A stretch of DNA of 64,000 bases from Gemmatimonadaceae bacterium (GCA_040901985.1 JBBDYC010000009.1:156364-220363), one strand, 5' to 3'. Counted from the first letter of the stretch, positions 46,862 to 56,245 are shown. A program made the numbers and translations. Notes: a model not told the origin generated them from the sequence alone.

Positions 46862-47582
46862 CGTCCACGAAGAGCGTCTCGCCGGTTACGTACCCCGCGT
46901 CGGCGAGGTAGGCCACCGCCTCGGCCACGTCCTGCGGCGCGCCGAGCCGCCTCAGCGGCGTGTCGGCGGCGAAGCGCGCCGCAAACGCGGCATCGCTCCC
47001 CTCCGGCGCGAGCACGAAGCCCGGCGCGACCGCATTCACCCGGATCGCCGGCGCGAGGGCGGCGGCGAGATGCCGCGTCATCGCGATCACGCCCGCCTTG
47101 GCGATGCCGTGGACGGCGTAGTCCGGCCAGGGCTCGAGGGCCATATGGTCGGCGATGTTCACGATCGCGCTCCCGGCCGGCATCACCTTGGCCGCCGCCT
47201 GCGCCAGCAACAGCGGGGCGCGCAGGTTGAGCGCCACGATGGCGTCGAAGGTCCCCGCCGTCATCGTGCCGACCGGCGTCCGTACCATTCCGGCGGCGGA
47301 GTTCACGAGCAGGTCGAGCCGCCCGAACGCCGCCTGCGCGTCGGCGACGAGCGGCTCGATTGCGGCCGGATCCCGCAGGTCCGCCTGCTGCGCGACCGCG
47401 GCGCCGCCCGCACGCACGATGCCCTGCACGGCCTCCGCCGCGCCGGCTCCAGAGCCGAAGTAGTGCACGACGATCCGCCACCCGCGCGCGGCGAGCACCT
47501 CGGCAATCACGCGGCCGACGCGCTGGCCCGCCCCGGTCACCAGCGCCACCCGGCCCGGGCTGGATGCCACCGTGGCGCTCAC
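46839..47582 (-). CDS. Short-chain dehydrogenase, pteridine reductase/FolM-like
   Basis: TGAGQRVG, VHY, LVNSA, NLRAP, IVNIAD, LAPAIRVNAVAPG, VTGETLFVDGG. Confidence 0.85.
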   Translation of the reverse strand: MSATVASSPGRVALVTGAGQRVGRVIAEVLAARGWRIVVHYFGSGAGAAEAVQGIVRAGGAAVAQQADLRDPAAIEPLVADAQAAFGRLDLLVNSAAGMVRTPVGTMTAGTFDAIVALNLRAPLLLAQAAAKVMPAGSAIVNIADHMALEPWPDYAVHGIAKAGVIAMTRHLAAALAPAIRVNAVAPGFVLAPEGSDAAFAARFAADTPLRRLGAPQDVAEAVAYLADAGYVTGETLFVDGGRRVRP

Positions 47583-48445
47583 GCCGCCGCCTCGCCGCGC
47601 ACCACGCGCACCCGCGCGTCCTGCCGGTCGAGCCAGGCCAGCGGCACCTGCAGGGCGCCGAGGGTTCGCCCGCCCTGCATCGCGCCGTGCCAGTCGGAGC
47701 CGCCGCTCGGCACGAGGCCCAGGTGGTCCGCCAGCGCGCCGAGGCGATGGCGGTCGTCCGCCGAGTGGCTCGGGTGGAGCACCTCGAGCCCGTCGAGGCC
47801 CACCGCGACCAGGGCCTCGAGCCACTCGCGGCGCCCCTCGGCGCCCGGATGGGCGAGCACGGCAATCCCGCCCGTGCGATGGATCAGCGCGATCCCATCG
47901 GCGATCTCCAGCCGCTCCTTGTCCACGTACGCCGGACGGCCGGCGCCGAGGAACCGATCGAACGCCTCGCGCGAATCGCGCACGAAGCCCCCGGCAATCA
48001 GCGCCTTGGCCACGTGGGGGCGCCCGAGCGCGGCGTCGCCGGCGATCGCCATCACCGCCTGCATCGTGAGCGGCACGCCGATCCCGTTGAGCCGCGCGAC
48101 AATCGCCACCGCGCGCGAACGACGGTGACCGCGATAGACCTCCAGTTCGGCCTGCAACAGCGCGACATCGCGGATGTGGAGCCCCAGCAGATGCACCTCG
48201 GTCGCGCCCTGATGGACACTCAGCTCGACGCCGGGGACGAGCCGGATGCCGAGCGCGTCGGCGGTCCGCTGCGCCTCGGCGATGCCCGCCAGCGTGTCGT
48301 GGTCGGTGAGGGCGAATGCGGTGACGCCGGCCGCGTGCGCCGCCGTGACGGCAAAGGCCGGACTCTGGGACCCGTCAGACGCGGTCGAGTGCGCGTGCAG
48401 GTCCACGTGGGGGGGGCCGCCCGCCGCCCCCGGGACGATGCTCAC
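47579..48445 (-). CDS. PHP-domain phosphoesterase (TrpH/YciV-like)
   Basis: DLHAHSTASDG, TDHDT, GVELS, GRPH, LAHP, GGSDWHG. Confidence 0.92.
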   Translation of the reverse strand: MSIVPGAAGGPPHVDLHAHSTASDGSQSPAFAVTAAHAAGVTAFALTDHDTLAGIAEAQRTADALGIRLVPGVELSVHQGATEVHLLGLHIRDVALLQAELEVYRGHRRSRAVAIVARLNGIGVPLTMQAVMAIAGDAALGRPHVAKALIAGGFVRDSREAFDRFLGAGRPAYVDKERLEIADGIALIHRTGGIAVLAHPGAEGRREWLEALVAVGLDGLEVLHPSHSADDRHRLGALADHLGLVPSGGSDWHGAMQGGRTLGALQVPLAWLDRQDARVRVVRGEAAA

Positions 48446-48708
48446 GGCGCGTAGCCGGCCTCAGGCGAGGAGACGCTCGGCTGCGAGGTCTCGAAGAGGC
48501 GGCGCAGGTCGGCGTCGGTGAGCTCGGCCAGCGCCTGCTCGCGCGACCGCGTGCCCCACGGCGTGTAGCGGCACACCCGCACCTCGCGCCGGTCCGCCAC
48601 GCCGTGCACGAAGATCAGCCCGAACTCGTCGGCGTCGTACTGCGTCAGGTAGCCGGAGGGATAGACCTGCCAAAGGCGACCGTCGAGGTCGAGGCGTCTG
48701 GTCGGCAT
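48442..48708 (-). CDS. Small hypothetical protein (88 aa)
   Basis: MPTRRLDLDGRLWQVYPSG..TQYDADEFGLIF...SPEAGY; overlaps both neighbours. Confidence 0.7.
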   Translation of the reverse strand: MPTRRLDLDGRLWQVYPSGYLTQYDADEFGLIFVHGVADRREVRVCRYTPWGTRSREQALAELTDADLRRLFETSQPSVSSPEAGYAP

Positions 48709-48968
48709 CAGGAGAGCTCCACGATGGTGTAGATGCGCGTCGGGTCGAGGATCGGGTCCGGCGCGGCCGCGTGCGCGGCAGTCAGGGTCTGGGCGGTGTC
48801 GGCCTCGCAGAACTCGACAAACGCGCCCGCGAGCGCCTGCTCCTCGAACGCCCAGAACCGGCAACCCATCGCCGTGTAGTGGGCGTCCTTGGCGCGCAGC
48901 CGCTCGAGGAACTTCGCGCGGTCCAGCGGAGGCACTACCGTGCGATGGATCGTCAGGGAGCGTGGCAT
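48708..48968 (-). CDS. Small hypothetical protein (86 aa), possible dimeric alpha/beta-barrel fold
   Basis: Start overlaps the E2 stop; FWAFEE...GAFVEFCE pattern. Confidence 0.7.
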   Translation of the reverse strand: MPRSLTIHRTVVPPLDRAKFLERLRAKDAHYTAMGCRFWAFEEQALAGAFVEFCEADTAQTLTAAHAAAPDPILDPTRIYTIVELS

Positions 48969-50287
48969 CAGTCGGTCACCGACTCGAGCGTCCGCTTGAG
49001 GTCGGCCATGAAGCGGTCGGCATCGGCGCCGTCCACCACGCGATGGTCGAAGCTGATGGAGAAGTAGGCACAGGTTCGGATGGCAATCGTGTCCTCGCCC
49101 TCGGGCCCGGTGATGACCTTCGGCCGCTTCTCGATCGCGCCGAGGCAGAGGATCGCGGTCGTGCCGACCGGGATGATCGGCGTGCCCGTCAACGACCCAA
49201 AGACGCCGGGATTCGTGATGGTGAAGGTCGCGTCCTGCACCTCGGTCGGATTGAGCTTCTTGGTGCGCGCGCGCAAGGCGAGGTCGTTGGCGCTGCGGAG
49301 GACGCCGGTCAGGTTGAGGCCGTCGGCGTCCTTGATCACCGGGACGATCAGCCCGGTCGGCTCGAGCGCCACCGCGATCCCGATGTTGTAGCGCTTGCGG
49401 AAGATGATGTCGGTGCCGCTCACCGTCGCATTCAGGACGGGGTGGCGCCGGAGAGTCTCGACCACCGCGCGGATGATGAACGGCAGGAAGGTCAGCTTCT
49501 GGCCGGTCTGCGCCTCGAGGTCAGCGCGCATCTGCGCGCGCAGCCGGGCGATCCGGGTGAGGTCAATCTCGAAGAAACTGGTGACGTGGGCCGCCACCTG
49601 CGTGGCCTGCCGCATATGGTCGGCGGTCAGGCGACGGATTTTCGACATCGGCTCGACGGTGTCGCCGGGCCAGGCGGTGAAGACCGGGTCGCCCTGGTGC
49701 CCGACCGGGGTGATGAGCGCCCCTGGGAGCCCGACCGGCATCGTTCCCGGCGACCGGACGACGCCGGCGCCCGGGCCCTGCTCGAGATAATCCACGAGGT
49801 CGCGCTTGGTCACGCGGCCGGCGATGCCGCTCCCCGAGAGCGCGGTGATGTCCACGCCGGCCTCGGCGGCCATCCGGCGCACGAGCGGCGACGACTTGGT
49901 GCGGATCCGCTCCTCGAACGAACTGCCGTTGCCAGCCGGGCGCGCGGAGGTCGGCGCGGCAGATGCGCTCGGCGGTTTCGCCGACGGTGCGGGTGCCGAT
50001 GCGGCTGCCGGCGCGGCCGACGGCGCGGGTGCCAAGGCCGCGCCCTTCTCCGTCTCGATCCGCGCGACAATCGCGTTCACCGGCACCGTGACGCCCTCGG
50101 TCACGAGAATCTCCGCGAGCACGCCGGCCGACGGCGCCGGGATCTCCGCGTCCACCTTGTCCGTGGAGATCTCGAAGATCGGCTCGTCGCGCTTCACCTC
50201 GTCGCCGACCTTCTTGAGCCAGCGCGCGAGCGTGCCTTCCGCAATGGACTCGCCCATCTGGGGCATGATCACGTCAACTCGGGCCAC
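48968..50287 (-). CDS. Dihydrolipoamide acyltransferase E2 (SucB/DlaT-like)
   Basis: Lipoyl domain MPQMGESIAEG..EISTDKVDAE, PSBD SPLVRR..GSG.AGRVTKRD, catalytic FDHRVVDGA. Confidence 0.93.
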   Translation of the reverse strand: MARVDVIMPQMGESIAEGTLARWLKKVGDEVKRDEPIFEISTDKVDAEIPAPSAGVLAEILVTEGVTVPVNAIVARIETEKGAALAPAPSAAPAAASAPAPSAKPPSASAAPTSARPAGNGSSFEERIRTKSSPLVRRMAAEAGVDITALSGSGIAGRVTKRDLVDYLEQGPGAGVVRSPGTMPVGLPGALITPVGHQGDPVFTAWPGDTVEPMSKIRRLTADHMRQATQVAAHVTSFFEIDLTRIARLRAQMRADLEAQTGQKLTFLPFIIRAVVETLRRHPVLNATVSGTDIIFRKRYNIGIAVALEPTGLIVPVIKDADGLNLTGVLRSANDLALRARTKKLNPTEVQDATFTITNPGVFGSLTGTPIIPVGTTAILCLGAIEKRPKVITGPEGEDTIAIRTCAYFSISFDHRVVDGADADRFMADLKRTLESVTD

Positions 50288-50301
50288 GGCACTACCCTCG
50301 G

Positions 50302-50586
50302 TCAGATCTTGTCGTCAGGGGTTCCGGCGTGGTCCGCCGGGGGGCGGCGGAGCGCGGAGACCACGAGCCACGGCAGGGTCAGGGCGCCGAGCGCCCCCCC
50401 GACCGCCGCATAAATGTACCAGTCGCACGACGGAATGCCGTCACAGGTCGGCGCCTTGGTCAGCCAGGCCACCATCTTCGACAGCAGGACCGCCGTCATC
50501 GCCCCGGAGAAGCCCCCGATCCAGGTCATGAAGCAGCCGATCGCAAGGACGCGGCCGCGCGACGGCGGGCTCGGATGCTCGGTCAC
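50302..50586 (-). CDS. Small 2-TM hypothetical membrane protein
   Basis: Two hydrophobic helices flanking a CDGIPSC loop. Confidence 0.65.
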   Translation of the reverse strand: MTEHPSPPSRGRVLAIGCFMTWIGGFSGAMTAVLLSKMVAWLTKAPTCDGIPSCDWYIYAAVGGALGALTLPWLVVSALRRPPADHAGTPDDKI

Positions 50587-50620
50587 GCGCGCGTCGGCGG
50601 GCTGCCTCTCCCGGGAGGCA

Positions 50621-50932
50621 TCAGTACGACGGGGCGAACGCGTGCGTCGGGTCGACCTGCTGATGGAGCTGCACGAAGAACTTCTTCACGTTTCGGTCCA
50701 GCCGGCTCTCCCCGGGCTGGTCCGAGTGGGCCTCGACGAACGTGTAGTGCCCGCCTTCCATCCGGACGGTGACGTCGAGCCGCGACGCGACGTCGGGCTC
50801 GCCGACGCTGCCGCGGTAGGTCCGCGCGCCCGGACCCTCGCCCGCCGGCAGCATGCCGATGGTCGGGAAAAACGCGTCGGCGGTGGCGAGCACGGCGTCG
50901 GGGTGGAGCGAGGTGCGGTGAAAGTGTCGCAT
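50621..50932 (-). CDS. Hypothetical protein (103 aa)
   Basis: Genome-like codon usage; EGGHYTFVE..DQPGESRLDRNVKKFF. Confidence 0.7.
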   Translation of the reverse strand: MRHFHRTSLHPDAVLATADAFFPTIGMLPAGEGPGARTYRGSVGEPDVASRLDVTVRMEGGHYTFVEAHSDQPGESRLDRNVKKFFVQLHQQVDPTHAFAPSY

Positions 50933-50959
50933 CGGCGGGAGTGGAATGAAGGCTACGGA

Positions 50960-51397
50960 TCAGGCCCCGGGCGGGGCCTCGTTGAGGACGGCCTGGCGCC
51001 AGTCGAGCGTGCGCTGAAGTGCCTGGGTGGAATCCCGGCGGAACTGCACGCCCATCGCCCACTCGCCGGCAGCCACGAAGATGATCGTGGTGCGGTAGGT
51101 GCCCACCTCGGGCCCGTAGGTAAAGCCGTTCCAGACCGTCTTCCGGTCGGCGTTGGTCGCGAAGATGCGCCCCTCACCGTCGGCAATCGGTTCGCGCGTC
51201 TCCTTGTCCCGCACGACCACCGTGTACGTGATCCGCTCAAGCGAGCGCGGCGGTGTCACGTCGGAGGTCACGCGGATCTCGAAATCCTCGGTCCAGAGGC
51301 GGATGACCCCGGCGTCGGGCGACGGGCCGCAGCTCAGGAGGGCACCCGCAAGGACGACGGCTGCGGCGCCGAGCGTGCGATGCCGACGATGGGACAT
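50960..51397 (-). CDS. Hypothetical lipoprotein (YtkA/FixH-like Ig fold possible)
   Basis: Lipobox LLSC; GGAGG RBS; GTY....F..AGEW pattern. Confidence 0.7.
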   Translation of the reverse strand: MSHRRHRTLGAAAVVLAGALLSCGPSPDAGVIRLWTEDFEIRVTSDVTPPRSLERITYTVVVRDKETREPIADGEGRIFATNADRKTVWNGFTYGPEVGTYRTTIIFVAAGEWAMGVQFRRDSTQALQRTLDWRQAVLNEAPPGA

Positions 51398-51490
51398 GAA
51401 GTGGCCTCCGGACCGGGGATTTCAGGGCGCCTGCGTGCGACCGTGCATCCACAGAAGCATACACGTTCGGCCCGGTCCGAGCGAACCGGA

Positions 51491-52801
51491 TCAGCGGTAC
51501 AGCAGATAGGGCCGGACGCGCAGTTGGAACGCGTGCACGTCGGCCAGCATCCGGTCAATCACCTCGTCCGGGTCGCGCCCCTCGAGCAGCGTGGCGCGCG
51601 CCTCCGGCGAGCCGAACCGCAGGTCGAACCCGCGCGCGTTGATGACGAGCGAGTCCGGCGCCGCTTGCCCCACCGCCCAGAGGATCGCCGCCCCGAGTCG
51701 CGCCACCTGGACGCGGTCGCGGTCCTCGACCACGATCCGGACTCCCGGGATTTCCCTGCCACCGTGCTTCCCGTCCGTGGGCGACCGCGGGGTGAACCGT
51801 TCCGCCTGGAACCGGACACCGGACAGTCCGCGGTCATTGAGCATCCCGGCCACGCGCTCGGCGTCGAGCCACGGCGCGCCGAAACGCTGGAAGGGCAGCG
51901 ACGTGCCGCGCCCGACCGAGAGGTTGCTGCGCTCGAACGCCACGAGCGCCGGATACACCAGCGCGCTCGTGGTCGAGACCATCGCCGGTGACGGGACGAC
52001 CCACGGGAGGCGGCTCTCCTCCCACCACATCTCCCGCCGCCAGCCGGCCGCCGGCATCACGTGCAGCCGCACCGGGATCGCCAGCTCGGCGGCAAAGAGG
52101 CGCGCGAGCTCACCCATCGTCATACCGTGGCGGAGTGGCGCCGGATATAATGCATAGGCCTGCCCGGGGCGCTCGGCCGACGGGTCCTCGGCGTTGGCCA
52201 ACGCGGAATCGAGCAACGGCCCCTCCACCCGTCCCCCGAGCGGATTCGGGCGATCGAGCACGATGAAGGGTATTCCCACGCGGGCCGCCGCCCGCATTGC
52301 GTAGACCATCACGCCCACATACGTCCAGGTGCGCGTCCCTATGTCCTGCAGGTCGAACACCACCGCATCGAGGTCGCGCAGCAGCGAGTCCGGCGGCGCC
52401 CGCGTCGCGGTGGCGTACAGCGAGTGGACCATCAGCCCGGAGCGCCGGTCCAGCTCATCGGGCAGGTCGGGGCGGTCCGCCGTCCCGCGGATGCCGTGCT
52501 CGGGCGAGAAGAGCCGCACGACCGCGATGCCGGCGCGCACGGCGCGCGGGTCGCGCTGGAGCAGCTCCACGTCGGAGACGCCGTTGGCGTCCACCCCGGT
52601 CTGATTGGTGATGATGGCAATCCGCTTCCCCGCGATGATGGCGAGCGAGTCCTCGATGAGGACCGTGATCCCCGGCCGCACGGCGTCGGTGCCGCCGCGC
52701 CCTCGCGGCTCGTCCTGGGCGCGCGGGGCCTGCGCGCACGCGGCGCACGCCAACGCCACGCTGACCATCGCCCGCACCCGCTGCTTCCCGTGATCCGTCA
52801 C
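51491..52801 (-). CDS. namZ: Exo-beta-N-acetylmuramidase NamZ (DUF1343), lipoprotein-like; start uncertain (52768-52801)
   Basis: TNQTG, LFSPEHGIRG, SLY, FDLQDIGTR.WTY, LDRPNPLGG, RHGMTMGELA, W..PSP, SVGRGT..PF...GAPW. Confidence 0.9.
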   Translation of the reverse strand: MTDHGKQRVRAMVSVALACAACAQAPRAQDEPRGRGGTDAVRPGITVLIEDSLAIIAGKRIAIITNQTGVDANGVSDVELLQRDPRAVRAGIAVVRLFSPEHGIRGTADRPDLPDELDRRSGLMVHSLYATATRAPPDSLLRDLDAVVFDLQDIGTRTWTYVGVMVYAMRAAARVGIPFIVLDRPNPLGGRVEGPLLDSALANAEDPSAERPGQAYALYPAPLRHGMTMGELARLFAAELAIPVRLHVMPAAGWRREMWWEESRLPWVVPSPAMVSTTSALVYPALVAFERSNLSVGRGTSLPFQRFGAPWLDAERVAGMLNDRGLSGVRFQAERFTPRSPTDGKHGGREIPGVRIVVEDRDRVQVARLGAAILWAVGQAAPDSLVINARGFDLRFGSPEARATLLEGRDPDEVIDRMLADVHAFQLRVRPYLLYR

Positions 52802-55732
52802 CCGCTCTCCCGTGCGTTAGTGCCCGCTGCCGGCCTTCTGGCGCTCGCCGCGTGCGCGCTGCCGACCGCCCGCCCCACCTCGGCGCCCCTGCCCGAAGGC
52901 CCGCGCATCGCCGTGCCCTACGCCATCCGCGAGCTCACCCCGTCGCTCACCGACCCACTCCCGGCGGGCGCCGAGCGATGGATCGAGCGCACCATCGCCG
53001 CGATGCCCCTGCGCGACCAGGTCGCGCAGCTGGTGATGGTCTGGGTCCTCGGGGATTATACCAGCACGAGCGATTCGTCGTTCGTGCTCGCCGCCCAGCG
53101 GGTGCAGCGGGACCGCGTCGGCGGCCTGGTGATGTCGCTCGGCTCGCCGATAGAAGTCGCCGAGAAGGTCAACGCCCTCCAGCGGCTGGCCCCGCTGCCG
53201 CTGCTCGTCTCGTCGGACGTCGAGCCGGGACTCGGGCGGCTCGAGGGCGGCGTCTTCGCGCCGGGCGTCCTCGCCGGCGGGAACGCCACCGTCCTCCCGA
53301 GCAATATGGCAATCGGCGCCACGCGCAACATCGAGCACGCCCGCGCCGCCGGCCGCATCACCGGCGAGGAGTCGCGGGCGATCGGCATCCACCTCGCCTT
53401 CGCCCCGACGGTGGACGTGAACAACAATCCCCTGAATCCGGTGATCAACGTCCGGTCGTTCGGCGAGGATCCGGCCCTGGTGGCGGCGATGGGCGCGGCG
53501 TTCGTGGACGGCGTGCAGTCGGCCGGCGTCGCCGCCACGGTGAAGCACTTTCCCGGGCACGGCGACACCAACGTGGACTCGCACCTCGCCCTCCCGGTGA
53601 TCGGCGTGGACCGCGCCCGGCTCGATGCGATCGAGCTCGTGCCGTTCCGGGCGACGATCGCCGGCGGCGCGGCGGCAGTGATGAGCGCCCATATTGCGCT
53701 CCCCGCGGTGGCCGGCGACTCCACGCCAGCCACCCTGGCACCGACGATCCTCACCGACCTCCTGCGCGACTCGCTCGGCTTCCGCGGGGTGGTCGTCACC
53801 GACGCGATGGATATGCGGGGGATCGGCGTCGGCTACGGGATGGCCGAGAGCGCGGTCGCCGCTGTGCGCGCCGGCGCCGACATCCTGCTGATGCCGCCCG
53901 ACGTGCCGCTCGCGATTGACGCCGTCGTCGCCGCCGTGGAACGCGGCGAGATCGGCGCCGACCGGATTGCGGCGTCGGTGCGCCGCATCCTCGAGCTGAA
54001 GCTGCGTACCGGCGCCATCCAACGGCCAATCGTGCCGCTCGACTCGCTGCGCGAGATCGTCGGACGCACCGGGAACCGCTCGCGCGCACAGGCCATTGCC
54101 GATGACGCGATCACGCTCCTCCGCGACGACGAGCGCCAGCTGCCGCTTCCGACATCCCAACGGACCCTCCTCCTGACCTTCTCGGGGGAGAATGACATCG
54201 CGGCGGGACGCGCCTTCACGGCCGAGCTGCGGAGCGCGATGCTCGACCTCCGGTCGGCTCGCATCACGCCGTCCACGCCCCGCGCGCGCCTCGACTCCCT
54301 GCTCACGAACGGCGATCGGCTCGTCGTCGCGACCTTCGTGCGGACCATCGAGGGCGAGGGTCGGTTCGCCGTCGGCGAGCACATTGCCCGGTGGATCGAC
54401 TCGGTGGCGACGCGGCGGCCCGTGACGGTCGTCGCCTTCTCCAATCCGTACGTGCTGCGCGAGTTCCCCTGGGTCACCGCGTACGTGGCCGCCTTCGGGC
54501 GCGGCGAGGCAATTGAACGCGCGGCGGCCCGGGCCGTGGCCGGCCGGATCCCCTTCCGTGGCGTGGCGCCGATCTCACTCCCCGGATTCTTCGTCGCCGG
54601 GGAGGTGCGCACCGCACCGCGTCCGCTCTGGGCGGCCGCCGTCACCGATTCCGTGCGCAGTCTGCTCACCCGCGCAGTGCGCGACTCGGTCTTCCCCGGC
54701 GCGATCGCGATGATCGGCACACGGACCGGCGTGGTCGCCGAGGTGGCGGTCGGGCGGATGGATTGGGACTCCGCCGCCCCGGTACCCGACACCGGCACGA
54801 TCTGGGACATCGCCTCGCTCACCAAGGTCGTCGGGATGACCACCGCCGTGATGCAGCTCGTCGAGCAGGGCCGCGTGGCGCTCGATGCACCGGTGCAGCA
54901 GTACCTCCCCGAGTGGCAGGGGCAGTGGAAGGAGCGCGTCACCGTGCGGCGGCTGCTCACGCACAGCTCGGGACTCCCCGCGTGGCGCGAGCTCTACAAG
55001 GAGGTCGAGTCGGCCGAGGAGGCCCGGCAACTGGTGCTCGCCACGCCGCTCGACACCCTCCCCGGCGTCCGGTACGTGTACTCCGACCTCGGCGCGATCC
55101 TGCTCGGGATGATCGTCGAACGCGTGGCCGGCGCGCCACTCGACGCCTACGTGGATCGCCACATCTTCCGCCCGCTGGGGATGCGCGACACGCGCTATCA
55201 CCCGCCGCCGGAGGTGATGGACCGCGTGGCGCCGACCGAACGCGACCCGTGGCGGGGCCGCCACCTGCGGGGCGAGGTGCACGACGAGAACGCCTTCCGG
55301 CTCGGCGGCGTCTCGGCGCACGCGGGGCTCTTCAGCACCGCCGCCGACCTCTCGCGCTTCGCCCAGGCGCTGCTCAACGGCGGGGAACTGGGCGGCGCGC
55401 GCATCCTGCGCCCACGCACCCTCGCCGAGTTCACGCGCGTGCAGGACCCGACGCTCTCGCACCGGGCGCTCGGCTGGGAGACTCCCAACGGCACCAACTC
55501 GGCCGGCCGGCGCCTCCGAGCGCCGGCGTTCGGGCACACCGGGTTCACCGGGACGTCCCTCTGGATCGATCCGGCCAACGACCTCTTCATCATCCTGCTG
55601 ACCAACCGGGTGAACCCGAGCCGCGAGAACTCGCGCATCGGCCCGGTGCGCACGACCGTGGCCGACGTGGCGGCGGACGCGGCCAGCGCGGCCAGCGCGG
55701 CCCGCGCGTCCGCGGCCCGGGGCACCCCCTGA
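52790..55732 (+). CDS. nagZ: GH3 beta-N-acetylglucosaminidase (NagZ) fused to a beta-lactamase-fold serine hydrolase (AmiE-like), lipoprotein
   Basis: Lipobox LAAC; KHFPGHGDTNVDSH and VTDAMDM GH3/NagZ motifs; C-terminal ASLTK (SxxK), LLTHSSG, YSDLG, GEVHDENA, HAGLFS, GHTGFTG. Confidence 0.92.
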   Translation: MIRHPLSRALVPAAGLLALAACALPTARPTSAPLPEGPRIAVPYAIRELTPSLTDPLPAGAERWIERTIAAMPLRDQVAQLVMVWVLGDYTSTSDSSFVLAAQRVQRDRVGGLVMSLGSPIEVAEKVNALQRLAPLPLLVSSDVEPGLGRLEGGVFAPGVLAGGNATVLPSNMAIGATRNIEHARAAGRITGEESRAIGIHLAFAPTVDVNNNPLNPVINVRSFGEDPALVAAMGAAFVDGVQSAGVAATVKHFPGHGDTNVDSHLALPVIGVDRARLDAIELVPFRATIAGGAAAVMSAHIALPAVAGDSTPATLAPTILTDLLRDSLGFRGVVVTDAMDMRGIGVGYGMAESAVAAVRAGADILLMPPDVPLAIDAVVAAVERGEIGADRIAASVRRILELKLRTGAIQRPIVPLDSLREIVGRTGNRSRAQAIADDAITLLRDDERQLPLPTSQRTLLLTFSGENDIAAGRAFTAELRSAMLDLRSARITPSTPRARLDSLLTNGDRLVVATFVRTIEGEGRFAVGEHIARWIDSVATRRPVTVVAFSNPYVLREFPWVTAYVAAFGRGEAIERAAARAVAGRIPFRGVAPISLPGFFVAGEVRTAPRPLWAAAVTDSVRSLLTRAVRDSVFPGAIAMIGTRTGVVAEVAVGRMDWDSAAPVPDTGTIWDIASLTKVVGMTTAVMQLVEQGRVALDAPVQQYLPEWQGQWKERVTVRRLLTHSSGLPAWRELYKEVESAEEARQLVLATPLDTLPGVRYVYSDLGAILLGMIVERVAGAPLDAYVDRHIFRPLGMRDTRYHPPPEVMDRVAPTERDPWRGRHLRGEVHDENAFRLGGVSAHAGLFSTAADLSRFAQALLNGGELGGARILRPRTLAEFTRVQDPTLSHRALGWETPNGTNSAGRRLRAPAFGHTGFTGTSLWIDPANDLFIILLTNRVNPSRENSRIGPVRTTVADVAADAASAASAARASAARGTP

Positions 55733-55733
55733 C

Positions 55734-55761
55734 TTGTCCCGGGAACCCCGAACCCTATATT
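55734..55761 (+). promoter_or_regulatory. Putative sigma70 promoter of iscA
   Basis: TTGTCC-16 nt-TATATT just after the nagZ stop. Confidence 0.5.
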
Positions 55762-55816
55762 CAGGAATGGAGTGGTCGGCCCTTAGGTGGCGGCCCGCGA
55801 ACCCTCGGAGGACCTG

Positions 55817-56173
55817 ATGAGCACAATGAACACGCCCGAGGTTGCCGTGACGATCACGGCGGCCGCCAGCGTTGAAGTGCAGAAGTTCATGGCGGCGGAG
55901 AATGTCGCGCCGGAAGTCGGCGGGCTTCGCGTGAGCGTGCAGCCCGGCGGATGCTCCGGCTTCAAGTACAGCCTGTTGATCGAGGACAAGCCGGCGGAGG
56001 ACGATACCGTCCTGCCGCAGGAGGGCTACAACCTCTTCGTGGACCCGTTCTCGATGCAGTACCTGAACGGCGTCGTCGTGGACTACGTGACGTCGATGCA
56101 GGGTTCGGGATTCACCTTCAAGAATCCGAACGCCACCGGCGGATGCGGGTGCGGCAGCAGCTTCTCCGCCTGA
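55817..56173 (+). CDS. Fe-S cluster assembly A-type carrier (IscA/ErpA/HesB)
   Basis: GGCSGFKY, F.NPNATGGCGCGSSF; GGAGGA RBS. Confidence 0.95.
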   Translation: MSTMNTPEVAVTITAAASVEVQKFMAAENVAPEVGGLRVSVQPGGCSGFKYSLLIEDKPAEDDTVLPQEGYNLFVDPFSMQYLNGVVVDYVTSMQGSGFTFKNPNATGGCGCGSSFSA

Positions 56174-56194
56174 GGTGCACGCGGTAGATTCGTT

Positions 56195-56228
56195 GACGGG
56201 CGTCCTCGCGGGCGCCCGTTCTGTTTTC
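56195..56228 (+). terminator. Intrinsic terminator after iscA
   Basis: GACGGGCGTCC-TCGC-GGGCGCCCGTT followed by CTGTTTTC. Confidence 0.7.
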
Positions 56229-56245
56229 TCCCCCTCCGCGCCGAG

